IMG/VR virus record: IMGVR_UViG_3300038673_000135
Coordinates: 1-25,738 of that record
Direction: 5' to 3' (one strand)
DNA from: a virus
Taxonomy: Duplodnaviria > Caudoviricetes
DNA: 25,738 bases
In this document: one piece after another, positions 8,651 to 17,665 of the stretch
Position numbering within the stretch: the first letter of the stretch is position 1
How the letters are laid out: every line of letters starts with the position of its first letter
Notes under the pieces: model-generated
The model's input: the letters and a program-made list of their open reading frames with translations, nothing else
Databases searched by the model: none
What the model was told of the DNA's origin: nothing
Translations under genes and position numbers: made by a program

Positions 8651-9029
8651 CGACGGCTTGCTGTCGGTATATGCCATCTCCAACATCGCACAACCAGGCG
8701 ACATGCCTGTGGACGGGCTGACCCTAAGGGTTGGCCCGTTGCGGTTTTCCAAGAGGACTGTCGGCATGACCCGTTTCTGGGCTGGCCAGCAGTCCGGTGC
8801 CCGCATCGACATGTTGCTCCGGATCCCGAGGGTGCCGGGCATCAACACGGAGGATGTGGTGGTGCTGCACGATGGCACCCAGTGCGCCATCCGACAGATA
8901 CAGGAGCCGGAGGACATCCTGCCTCCGTCGCTGGACTTGTCTCTTGAGAAGCGGGTGTCTCTCCTGGAATTCCCTGCTCCTCCGGTCGCTGAACCGGAAG
9001 ACGAAGTGGAAGGAGGCGAGACGCCATGA
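8622..9029 (+). CDS. head closure/stopper-like protein
   Basis: QTYNDG...F..RTVGMTRF...ID.LLRIP...I.QIQ pattern; synteny. Confidence 0.7.
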   Translation: MQQKQRQTYNDGLLSVYAISNIAQPGDMPVDGLTLRVGPLRFSKRTVGMTRFWAGQQSGARIDMLLRIPRVPGINTEDVVVLHDGTQCAIRQIQEPEDILPPSLDLSLEKRVSLLEFPAPPVAEPEDEVEGGETP

Positions 9030-9334
9030 ACATGAGCGAATTCAAGGCCATGCTCGTTGCCGCCGATCCGTCCGCCACCCATCATTTCGGGGGAGGTGGA
9101 GGGAACTACACGGCATGGTCCGAGTTTGGCGAGGATGGGCTCCGCGCCAACAACCGGAACAGTGAAAGGCTGCTCCGGATACAGATTGACCGGTACACGA
9201 AGCTTGAATCGGATCCAGTGGTGGATGCCATTACGGCCGCGCTGGATGCCAACGAAATCGCATATGAATACCTGCTGGACAAGGAGCCCGACACGAAGTA
9301 TCTCCACCACATCTGGGACTGCGAGGTGATTTGA
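9026..9334 (+). CDS. tail terminator-like protein
   Basis: YTAWSE...ANN...QIDRYTK...DP...YLHHIWDCEV pattern; synteny. Confidence 0.6.
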   Translation: MNMSEFKAMLVAADPSATHHFGGGGGNYTAWSEFGEDGLRANNRNSERLLRIQIDRYTKLESDPVVDAITAALDANEIAYEYLLDKEPDTKYLHHIWDCEVI

Positions 9335-9786
9335 TGGCCAGATTCAAGATGACCGGCCTCGATGCAACCATTCGCCAGATGAAGGAGCTTGGAGAATTGT
9401 CGGGAAAGTTCGCGGACAAGATGCTCGCGGCCGGCGCGGAAGAGGTCAAGAAGGCCTGGAAAAAGGCTGCTCAGAAACACGATCTTCGGTTGACCGGGCA
9501 GATGATGGATTCCATCGGCTATCCGCGAAAGCCCAAGGAAGTCAACGGAATCAAGACCATGGACATCTACCCACAAGGCAACAGCACGTACACGGAATCT
9601 GACGGGAAGCGCATCGAACGCGCGAAGCCTGTCAGGAACGCCGAGGTCGCGTTTGTCCAGCACTACGGCACATCCAGCATCCCGGCGACCCATTGGGTAG
9701 ACACCGCGGATGAGCTGGCGGAGGAGCCGGTGGCGCGTGTGATGAATGAGATTTGGGACGAAGAATTGAGAAAGCGAGGAATGTGA
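9334..9786 (+). CDS. HK97 gp10-family tail completion protein
   Basis: MARF...GLD...TGQMMDSI...RNAEVAFVQHYGTSSIPATHW. Confidence 0.85.
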   Translation: MARFKMTGLDATIRQMKELGELSGKFADKMLAAGAEEVKKAWKKAAQKHDLRLTGQMMDSIGYPRKPKEVNGIKTMDIYPQGNSTYTESDGKRIERAKPVRNAEVAFVQHYGTSSIPATHWVDTADELAEEPVARVMNEIWDEELRKRGM

Positions 9787-9787
9787 C

Positions 9788-10618
9788 ATGGCAAAAGTCG
9801 GCCTGAAATATCCGGTGTACGCACCGTTGACGGAGGGTGAGTCCACCGTCTCCTATGCCGGCGGCAAGGAGCTTGCGAAAGCCATTGCCGCCAATATCAC
9901 CATCGAGACAAATGACGTCGAGTTGGCTGCAAATGATGCCATCGCCGAGAGTGACCATTCCTTCTCCAGCGGCAGCATTTCGATGGACATCGACGACCTT
10001 CCCGATTTCGCGAAGGTCGACCTGCTTGGCTATGCCGAGGGGAGCGTTGTGGATGTCACCCTGGGCACCAAGGAGTTGACCGCCGGCCGCACTTCCGAAC
10101 CCGGAAACTTCGGGTTTGGATTCTTCGGCCGCAAGGTGAAGAACAATGTCAGCTACTGGAGAGCCATCTGGCTGCGCAAGGTCAAGTTCGCGGAGCCGTC
10201 GGATGAGAACGCCACCCAGGGCAAGACCATCGAGTTCCGGACGCCTACCATCGAAGGGACCATCATGATTGATGCGACCGGCAATTGGAAGGATGAAGCC
10301 ACCTTCTCCACAGAAGCGCTTGCGAAGGCGTGGCTGGATGGAAAGGCCGGCCTCGTGGCCAAGGCCGCAAACGTTACATCTAACGTGGCAAGTGGAACCT
10401 ACACCGATGCGCAGAGCGTGACACTTTCCACCACCGAAGCGACGGGAGACATCTACTACACAACGGATGGGACAATCCCGTCTGCTACCAATGGCACGGA
10501 ATACACAACGGCGATTGCATGTGCGGATCCGTCCAACACCTGCATCAAGGCGGTCTGTGTCGCGCCCCTCAAGGCGAACAGCGACATCCTCGAGCTCTAT
10601 ATCACCGTAACGGCTTAA
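9788..10618 (+). CDS. major tail protein (phi13-like) with a C-terminal chitobiase/Fn3-associated Ig-like domain
   Basis: MAKVGLKYP...KVKFAEPS...T.G..IEF.TPTIEG; C-terminal SGTY...SVTLS...IYYTTDGTIPS. Confidence 0.92.
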   Translation: MAKVGLKYPVYAPLTEGESTVSYAGGKELAKAIAANITIETNDVELAANDAIAESDHSFSSGSISMDIDDLPDFAKVDLLGYAEGSVVDVTLGTKELTAGRTSEPGNFGFGFFGRKVKNNVSYWRAIWLRKVKFAEPSDENATQGKTIEFRTPTIEGTIMIDATGNWKDEATFSTEALAKAWLDGKAGLVAKAANVTSNVASGTYTDAQSVTLSTTEATGDIYYTTDGTIPSATNGTEYTTAIACADPSNTCIKAVCVAPLKANSDILELYITVTA

Positions 10619-10651
10619 CCAGCCGTATCCGGCGCAGCGAAAAAAGGAGGA

Positions 10652-10675
10652 AGGGGCGGCAGAGATGCCGCCCCT
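10652..10675 (+). promoter_or_regulatory. GNRA-capped hairpin between the SD and start codon of the tail chaperone
   Basis: AGGGGCGGCA-GAGA-TGCCGCCCCT, a perfect 10-bp stem. Confidence 0.7.
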
Positions 10676-10685
10676 ATTGCGCAAT

Positions 10686-11087
10686 ATGAGCGATCTGAAA
10701 CCACAGGGCACTCGCATCACCCTCGGAACTGAACAATACGGGCTGCTTTTCAGCCTGAACGCCATTGATGATATCCAGGATCTCTTTGACATCGACATCA
10801 GCGAACTGACATCTTTGTTCCACGACAAAGTTGAAGATGATAAGACCATTCCGAACCGCAACAAAACCAAAAATCTGCGTGAGATGCTGGCCATCCTCAT
10901 CAATGAATGGATCGCTGCAGAGAATGACCTGGGACGTCCCGCACCCAAGCCTGTGGATGCCCGCTTTGTCGGGCGCCATATCACGGCCGCGAACTGGGCC
11001 AGCATGTACAACGAAATACTTAACTCCTTCCGGGAATCCACTCCCGAACGCGAAGAAGACGACATCCCAAACGCAGCGAGCGAGTGA
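10686..11087 (+). CDS. tail assembly chaperone (gpG-like)
   Basis: MSDLKPQG...LLFSLNAIDDIQD; between MTP and TMP; ends in a slippery site. Confidence 0.85.
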   Translation: MSDLKPQGTRITLGTEQYGLLFSLNAIDDIQDLFDIDISELTSLFHDKVEDDKTIPNRNKTKNLREMLAILINEWIAAENDLGRPAPKPVDARFVGRHITAANWASMYNEILNSFRESTPEREEDDIPNAASE

Positions 11088-11263
11088 GAGAGTCCTTCCC
11101 TCTCGCTCGCTGTCTGTATATCGGAAAAACAATCCTTGGCTATCCCGAGCGTGAGGTCTGGCATATGACCCTACGCAAGCTTTACCTACTCCACACCGAG
11201 CACATGAAAGAAACCGGGCGATACAGGCCACCTGTAACGCTTGATGATGTTATCCCCATCTGA
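11066..11263 (+). CDS. gpT-like extension reached by -1 frameshift (gpGT)
   Basis: C CCA AAC at 11066-11072; the -1 frame reads KRSERVRESFPLARCLYIGKTILGYPEREVWHMTLRKLYLLHTEHMKETGRYRPPVTLDDVIPI*. Confidence 0.85.
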   Translation, partial: PKRSERVRESFPLARCLYIGKTILGYPEREVWHMTLRKLYLLHTEHMKETGRYRPPVTLDDVIPI

Positions 11264-11276
11264 TGGAGGTGATTCG

Positions 11277-13475
11277 ATGGCAGGCGGAAACAAGCGCAAA
11301 ATATCGACTGAGCTTTCCCTGGATGGAGAGCGCGCATTCAAACAGGCGATTTCCGGAATCAACAAGGACATGGCCGTACTCGGATCCGAGCTGGGTGTAG
11401 TGACCGCCAAGTTCGGGAAGAACGCCGACAGCATGGAAGCGCTGACGGCCAAACAGTCGGTTTACAATAAGCAAGCTGATGAGCAGCGGAAGAAAATCGA
11501 CGTGTTGAAGTCTGCCCTCGAGGAGTCTGCCAAGGCCTATGGAGAGAACGATGACCGCACAAAGAACTGGCAGATCTCTCTTAACCGGGCGGAAGCAGAC
11601 CTCGCCAAGACAGAGAACACCTTGAAAGACACCACCCGGCAAATAAACGACTTTGGTAAGGAATCTGTTGACACCGGGAAAGAAGTCGAAAAGGCCGGCG
11701 ATAAAGCCGAAAAGTCCGGGAAAGATGCTGAAAAGGGCGAGTCCGGATGGAACAAACTCGGGGATGGATTGGCGAAGGCCGGTAAGTTTGCCGGAACGGC
11801 AGTCGCCGCTCTCGGCACAGCTGCGGTTGGCGCGGCAACTGCTGTTTTTGGAATGACTGCGAATGCTGCAGCTGGTGCGGATGAAATCAACACGCTGGCT
11901 AAGCAGACCGGATTGTCTACGGATACCATCCAGAAATTCCAGTTTGCCAGTGAACAGATTGACGTGTCAATGGACACGCTCACTGGATCCATGGCAAAGC
12001 TGACCAAGAACATGAGTTCCGCAAAGGACGGGTCCAAAACCACAAAAGAAGCATTTGAGCAGTTGGGCATCCAAATCACGGACAACAATGGCGAGCTTCG
12101 CGACAACGAGGATGTCTTCAACGATACCATCAAGGCCTTGGGACGAATGGAGAACGAGACGGAGCGAGACGCTGCCGCGATGAAGCTGTTCGGCAAGTCC
12201 GCCCAGGATCTGAACCCGTTGATTCTTGGTGGCGCTGATGCGCTGAAGGAGCTCGGGCAGCAGGCCGAAGATGCTGGCCTAATTCTGGGGCAGGACAGTC
12301 TTGACAACCTCAATTCCTTTTCCGACGCTATGGACACGTTCAAGGCGACTCTCTCCGGGTCTGGCAGCCTGTTTGCAACGGCATTCGCAGGGCCTCTTGC
12401 GGAGGGAGTCAACACCGTGACCGGGTATCTGCAGCAGCTGACATCCGCATTCTCTGAGGGCGGCTTCTCGGCTGTATCAGACCAGCTTGGCGTCATCGCC
12501 ACAGAGATCATCACGAAAATCAACGAAACCATGCCCAAAATCCTCGAATTCGGCCTTGGAATCGTGACGAAGATCGCCGAAGGGCTGTCTGCGAATCTGC
12601 CTGTCCTGATGGAAGGCATCACCTCGATGATGCTCATGCTTGTGGATGCCCTTATCAGCATGCTTCCAGAGCTGCTGAAGATGGGTCTGGAAATCATTGT
12701 GACTTTGGCTACTGGTATCGCAGGTGCGCTTCCGGAACTCATCCCGGCTATTGTCGACACGGTCATCATGATCGTTGAGACGCTCATCGACAACATCGAC
12801 ATGCTGGTGGATGCGGCCATTGAAATCGTTATGGCGCTGGCGTTTGGAATCATCGATGCGCTGCCGCGACTCATCGACAAGGTGCCGGTCATCATCACAA
12901 AACTAGTGACAGCCCTGGTCAACAATCTCCCCAAACTCATTGAGGCTGGCATCCAACTCATCATTGCTCTGGCTGGCGGACTCGTCAAGGCTATTCCCCA
13001 GCTGATTTCGAAGATTCCTGAAATCATCACATCGATAGTCAACGGCTTCGGAAACTACTACAGCAAGCTTTCGGACATCGGCAAGAACCTGATGAAAGGT
13101 GTCTGGGAAGGCATTCAGTCTATGGCGACATGGCTTAAGGACAGGGTGACCGGATTCTTCAACGGGCTGGTTACCGGCATCAAGAACATACTTGGAATTA
13201 AGTCTCCCTCCCGTGTATTTGCCGGCATCGGTGAAAATATGGCGCTGGGCCTTGGTGCTGGTTTCGACGATGAGATGGACAGCGTCACGCGCAAAATTAA
13301 CAGCAGCATCCCCACCAGCATCGATATCCCGGCCAATAGGCCCGGCCGCGGCGGAGTTGGAGGCGCAGGAGCGACATACATTTACCTGGACAGCAGGGTT
13401 CTGACAACGGCCACCGGCCGCAAGCAGTCAACACGCAATCAGGCCTTCTCCCGGGCCGTGGGGGTACCCGTGTGA
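11277..13475 (+). CDS. tape measure protein (732 aa)
   Basis: GGAGGTGA RBS; LDGERAFKQAISGIN N-terminus, LFGKSAQDLNPLI, Pro-spaced amphipathic repeats, LGIKSPSRVF. Confidence 0.95.
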   Translation: MAGGNKRKISTELSLDGERAFKQAISGINKDMAVLGSELGVVTAKFGKNADSMEALTAKQSVYNKQADEQRKKIDVLKSALEESAKAYGENDDRTKNWQISLNRAEADLAKTENTLKDTTRQINDFGKESVDTGKEVEKAGDKAEKSGKDAEKGESGWNKLGDGLAKAGKFAGTAVAALGTAAVGAATAVFGMTANAAAGADEINTLAKQTGLSTDTIQKFQFASEQIDVSMDTLTGSMAKLTKNMSSAKDGSKTTKEAFEQLGIQITDNNGELRDNEDVFNDTIKALGRMENETERDAAAMKLFGKSAQDLNPLILGGADALKELGQQAEDAGLILGQDSLDNLNSFSDAMDTFKATLSGSGSLFATAFAGPLAEGVNTVTGYLQQLTSAFSEGGFSAVSDQLGVIATEIITKINETMPKILEFGLGIVTKIAEGLSANLPVLMEGITSMMLMLVDALISMLPELLKMGLEIIVTLATGIAGALPELIPAIVDTVIMIVETLIDNIDMLVDAAIEIVMALAFGIIDALPRLIDKVPVIITKLVTALVNNLPKLIEAGIQLIIALAGGLVKAIPQLISKIPEIITSIVNGFGNYYSKLSDIGKNLMKGVWEGIQSMATWLKDRVTGFFNGLVTGIKNILGIKSPSRVFAGIGENMALGLGAGFDDEMDSVTRKINSSIPTSIDIPANRPGRGGVGGAGATYIYLDSRVLTTATGRKQSTRNQAFSRAVGVPV

Positions 13476-16400
13476 GCACCATAAAAATCTACAGTCCGGA
13501 CAACCTGACAGAGGAGCTGGCGACCGTAAAAGTCGCCAGCTCCTGTTCTCGCTCCGAGAAAATCAACGGAGAGAACATCTTATCCTTTGCTATCCCGGTG
13601 AAGAACCCGGCCTCCACTCACATCAACGAGGTCAATGTCATCGGCATTGATGGCGATTTCTTCGACATTGCCGCGTATGCGAAACAGCAAAACGGCGCCG
13701 GCCTCCGCATGGTGGATGTCGAGTGCGAACACGTCTCCTACCGACTCAACGACCCGGAATTCAACCTGGAATTCTTCACGAAGATCGGGACGCCCACTGC
13801 TGTTCTGACGGAACTGCTGGTTGGTACCGGGTTCAGCATAGGGACAGTCGACTTTACCGACGAGGTCACATACTCCGCCCAGCAGGCAATGAGCCGGCGC
13901 GGGCTGGTTGTGGAGTTCGCCCGGATCCTGGGCGGAGAGTTGGCGTTCTCCGGCTTTGAGGTGTCCATCCTGACGCAGCGCGGCAGCGCGACCGCGAAAC
14001 CGCTCATTATTGGCCGGGATGTCTCTGTTCTGGGCAAGCAGGTGGACAAACGCCAACGCGATGCCGAGGGGAACCCCATCATAGCCTATACATGCGGGGT
14101 ATACAATGTCGACGCGCTTGCCTTGGGCGATGTGGTGACCATATCCGAAAGCGGCATGGCCATTGACGCGACTCTCCGGATTGTAGGCCTCTCCTATGAC
14201 CCGTTCAACCCTAGGAATAGCACCGTCATCGAGGTGGGGAATGCCACGCGCGCCCTCGAGGATGATCTATACCGCATCGAGACCCAGACGGTGGTCAAGG
14301 ACAAACTATACAACGGCACCCGGATCGGGCCGGTCTACGGGTTCGAAAACATCCTCAGCGATAAGAAGTTCCGGAGCTATTTCAATGCTTTGGGGATGGC
14401 GTTCCAGGTAGGCGATGGCACCGGTGAAAACTGGGTGGACAAACTGTACCTGGACATCGATTCCGAAACCGGCGAAGCGCAGCTGATGTTTGACGGAACC
14501 CTCAGCGCCAATGTCATCAATGCTCTCAAGGCGTCCATAGATGTGGTCATCAGCAACACGACAATCACCAATGTGATGACGGCGCAAAAGGGGTACATTG
14601 CAGACCTCACTGTGGCCAGCTTGGACACATGCGAGATGATTGCACGGTATCTGCTTACGCCAGCGGACGATGATTACGCTCTCCGTAAGGCTCCAGTGGC
14701 ATATCAGCGGATGTACAAAGAAGTCCATGAAAAGTGGGTTGCTGAATATGCTGGAGACATCGAGGGAGAGGACAACGCGACGCAAGTCACGGACTACAAC
14801 GGCAATCTGATGTATTGGCTTGACGCTGAACACATCGGGAACGGCTGGACATACGACGAGACAGACTATCCTATCATGCGGCTTGTGTATGACGGGCCGG
14901 ACGGGATGGGGCGTATAAAGAAACGGGAATACTTTGCTGAAGTCGATGGCGTGTACATCCCAGCCACACAGCACGGTCTCGGCACTGGTGTTGGTGACAA
15001 TGGCAAATGCTTTGTGATGAAAGACCGATCAGGATACAAGATCAAGTACTTTTCAGCTATTGATGGCGCAGAGCGGAGTATTTACCTCAACGATGACGGG
15101 ATTGAATTGATTCCTGGATTCGATGGTCAAGGCGCTACACTATATACGGGGCTGGATACGAACAAGCCAAACATTGTAGGTCTGAATATCGAGGAAACCC
15201 TTGCTTCTGTTTCTGCCTTTGTTGCGGCGGCGGGACTTGGATACAGTTTCGCAGAACAGGCACTTGTAGCGTGTACTACAGGGAGTGGCACGATACAATA
15301 TGTGACACGTGGTGGTGAATTTGTTAGATCGATTGCACTTGCTGGTGCGTCAACGCTTAACGGCCTTGAGATTGACGGTGACGATGACGATTATGTCTGG
15401 ACAACATCTGGGACACGCATTTTTAAGCATAACAACAAGACTGGGGCTGATATCTCTCCTGCAACTACGTCGTATGCGGCGAACGGCATAGCCGCACCTC
15501 CCGGTGATTATATTTATTTTGGCGAAGGGGCGACCAACCTACAAAAAGCATTAAAATCTACGGGTGCAGCGGTTGCCTCGTATGACGTGGGGATTTCGGT
15601 TTCTGGCGTTGCGTATGACGGAGCAGGGCATTTATGGGTTGTCGGTATTTCGTCTACTGTAGTTTTGTTTGACATTGCTACCGGAACAATTATTTACACC
15701 GACACTCTGCCCGCAACCAGTTATACTGGGGCAACATTTGATGGGAATAGCCTATGGGCTGTCGATTATAATGCTGACGCTGCAGTGCGAATTAAAACGT
15801 CCAGCAGAAACAATTCCTTCTACTACGCCACAGACACCGAAAAACTATACATATCAAGCGATGGCGTATGGAATGAGGTTTCTGGCGGGAATGACCGGTC
15901 TCTCACCGTAATGGAGAAAAGCACGACAGGAAGCATTTCGGCAGAGGATAACGGTAAAGTAATCATTGGGAAGGCCTCCGCTGTTGTCACATGGACACTG
16001 CCGGTAGAGGTGGACGGGCTTAATTATTACTTGAAAAACGCAGGGTCAGCAAATTTGTCTATTGTAGGCAACAGTGTTACAGAGAATGGTGGCGGCGGAG
16101 TCGGAATTGATTCATATGCAGTATCAGCATTACATTTTGACGGCGCGAATGATGGGACAACCTTCACCGATGAGACAGGAAGAACCTGGACTTCAACTGG
16201 CGCAGTAACAAAAACTGCGCAAAAAAAGTTTGGAACTGCAAGCGGTTATTTCGGAGGATCAAGTAGAATTGAAACGGAAGACAGTGACGACTTCAATTTT
16301 GGTTCGGGGGATTTTACTATTGATTTTTGGGTCTATACTTCTGTTGCGTCGGCGGGCTATGCCCCGTATTATTCACAACATGAAACAAACAGTAATAGGT

Positions 16401-16879
16401 TCTTTTTTTCGACTGGGCCTTACGGAGACGCCTTATACTTTTTTGTGGCATCAAACGACACAACGATAGCGCAATACGACATCGGCATCGGTGTGCCTAA
16501 TAACCAATGGAACCATATTGCACTTGTTCGTGAAGCTTCAACGATTTACATATTCGTTAACGGAGTAGACGCGAAGAGGGCTATCGTCGCCATCGGATCT
16601 GCCTCTATACCGAACATATCCGCACCTGTTACAGTTGGCGCAAGAAATGCAGGAGGCGGAACCATAGACAGATATTTTACTGGATACATTGACGAAATGC
16701 GAATAAGCAAAGGCATTGCGCGATGGACCGCCAATTTTACACCACCGACGGAACCCTATGGCATTACGGAAGAAACAACTACTACATCACCAATCGACGG
16801 CGACGAGGACGGAATCACTTTAGCCCCGCTCGAAGCAAAGCGCGTGGTGTGTGATGGTACGGAGTGGTGGACGATCTGA
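13472..16879 (+). CDS. Tal/prophage-tail-endopeptidase-like hub fused to receptor-binding domains (beta-propeller-like and LamG/ConA-like)
   Basis: N-terminal EKINGENILSF...VECEHVSYRL; propeller-like repeats (GVAYDGAGHLWV, GATFDGNSLWAVD); LamG-like FGSGDFTIDFWV...NQWNHIALVR...GYIDEMRISKGIARWTANFTPP. Confidence 0.85.
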   Translation: MSTIKIYSPDNLTEELATVKVASSCSRSEKINGENILSFAIPVKNPASTHINEVNVIGIDGDFFDIAAYAKQQNGAGLRMVDVECEHVSYRLNDPEFNLEFFTKIGTPTAVLTELLVGTGFSIGTVDFTDEVTYSAQQAMSRRGLVVEFARILGGELAFSGFEVSILTQRGSATAKPLIIGRDVSVLGKQVDKRQRDAEGNPIIAYTCGVYNVDALALGDVVTISESGMAIDATLRIVGLSYDPFNPRNSTVIEVGNATRALEDDLYRIETQTVVKDKLYNGTRIGPVYGFENILSDKKFRSYFNALGMAFQVGDGTGENWVDKLYLDIDSETGEAQLMFDGTLSANVINALKASIDVVISNTTITNVMTAQKGYIADLTVASLDTCEMIARYLLTPADDDYALRKAPVAYQRMYKEVHEKWVAEYAGDIEGEDNATQVTDYNGNLMYWLDAEHIGNGWTYDETDYPIMRLVYDGPDGMGRIKKREYFAEVDGVYIPATQHGLGTGVGDNGKCFVMKDRSGYKIKYFSAIDGAERSIYLNDDGIELIPGFDGQGATLYTGLDTNKPNIVGLNIEETLASVSAFVAAAGLGYSFAEQALVACTTGSGTIQYVTRGGEFVRSIALAGASTLNGLEIDGDDDDYVWTTSGTRIFKHNNKTGADISPATTSYAANGIAAPPGDYIYFGEGATNLQKALKSTGAAVASYDVGISVSGVAYDGAGHLWVVGISSTVVLFDIATGTIIYTDTLPATSYTGATFDGNSLWAVDYNADAAVRIKTSSRNNSFYYATDTEKLYISSDGVWNEVSGGNDRSLTVMEKSTTGSISAEDNGKVIIGKASAVVTWTLPVEVDGLNYYLKNAGSANLSIVGNSVTENGGGGVGIDSYAVSALHFDGANDGTTFTDETGRTWTSTGAVTKTAQKKFGTASGYFGGSSRIETEDSDDFNFGSGDFTIDFWVYTSVASAGYAPYYSQHETNSNRFFFSTGPYGDALYFFVASNDTTIAQYDIGIGVPNNQWNHIALVREASTIYIFVNGVDAKRAIVAIGSASIPNISAPVTVGARNAGGGTIDRYFTGYIDEMRISKGIARWTANFTPPTEPYGITEETTTTSPIDGDEDGITLAPLEAKRVVCDGTEWWTI

Positions 16880-16921
16880 ACACGCTACATGAATCTATAG
16901 CGCAGTCACCTCGTTCCACAT

Positions 16922-16943
16922 GGCGTCCGAAAGGGCGCCTTTT
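16922..16943 (+). terminator. intrinsic terminator-like hairpin after the tail-tip gene
   Basis: GGCGTCC-GAAA-GGGCGCC followed by TTTT. Confidence 0.6.
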
Positions 16944-16975
16944 CCATGCCCAAAATACCGCGAAGGAGGGGATCG

Positions 16976-17323
16976 ATGAGCGAAGGAACGCATAACCAAA
17001 TGCACGCCACATGTCGAGCGGGGATCGACGAGAAGTTCCGGACCTTGGAGGAACGAATCAACCGGGATGAGGAGACCACCGAGAAACGCCTGGACGGCCA
17101 TGCCCTGGACATCAAGATGGTCAACAGCATGATGGCCCGGTTGATTGCCCTTCAGGAGAGCTCGGACAAGCGCCTCGCCACCTTAGAGGGACGAAAGCCA
17201 TTCTGGGAGTCCCCGATCGGCATCTGGGTCATCAAGGCGGCCGTCATCGCCATTATCCTCATCTTCAGCGCGGCGGTCGGTATCAATTCGCTCGACGCAA
17301 TCAAAACCATCTCTGTCCCATGA
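16976..17323 (+). CDS. XhlA/hemolysin-like lysis accessory protein (coiled coil plus C-terminal TM)
   Basis: AAGGAGG RBS then ATG at 16976; coiled coil followed by hydrophobic WVIKAAVIAIILIFSAAVGI; precedes the holin. Confidence 0.6.
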   Translation: MSEGTHNQMHATCRAGIDEKFRTLEERINRDEETTEKRLDGHALDIKMVNSMMARLIALQESSDKRLATLEGRKPFWESPIGIWVIKAAVIAIILIFSAAVGINSLDAIKTISVP

Positions 17324-17335
17324 AAGGAGGACCAC

Positions 17336-17665
17336 ATGAATACACTTGACCTGATTATCCTTATTGGCATCGCCCTCATCGGGGTGGCCAGCCTCATCTA
17401 CCTCATCGTCACAAAACAGTGGGCCGTGCTGCGTGAAACGGCTTACCGGCTGATGCTTCGGGCGGAAAAGATCCTGTCCGAGGGCGCCGGAGCCGAGAAG
17501 TTTGCGCTTGTCTTTACGGAGGTCTACTCCGCGCTGCCTCCTCTTATCCGCCTATTTGTCCGCGAGGAAGACCTCCGAAAAATGATGCAAGACTGGTATG
17601 ACACCGCGATGGACTGGCTTGACGACGGAGACATCAACGGCAGCCGGGAAGGGGAACAGGGATGA
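17336..17665 (+). CDS. holin (N-terminal TM, LL-H-like)
   Basis: Single N-terminal TM; AY.LM..AEK...G.GAEK pattern; overlaps the endolysin start. Confidence 0.75.
   Translation: MNTLDLIILIGIALIGVASLIYLIVTKQWAVLRETAYRLMLRAEKILSEGAGAEKFALVFTEVYSALPPLIRLFVREEDLRKMMQDWYDTAMDWLDDGDINGSREGEQG

Noticed and set aside
10831-11154. ORF-track 107-aa ORF as the gpT partner
   Set aside because: It is in the +1 frame relative to gpG. The gpT-like sequence is in the -1 frame ending at 11263.
12520-13040. Hydrophobic repeats suggesting a membrane transporter
   Set aside because: These are ordinary Pro-spaced tape-measure repeats.
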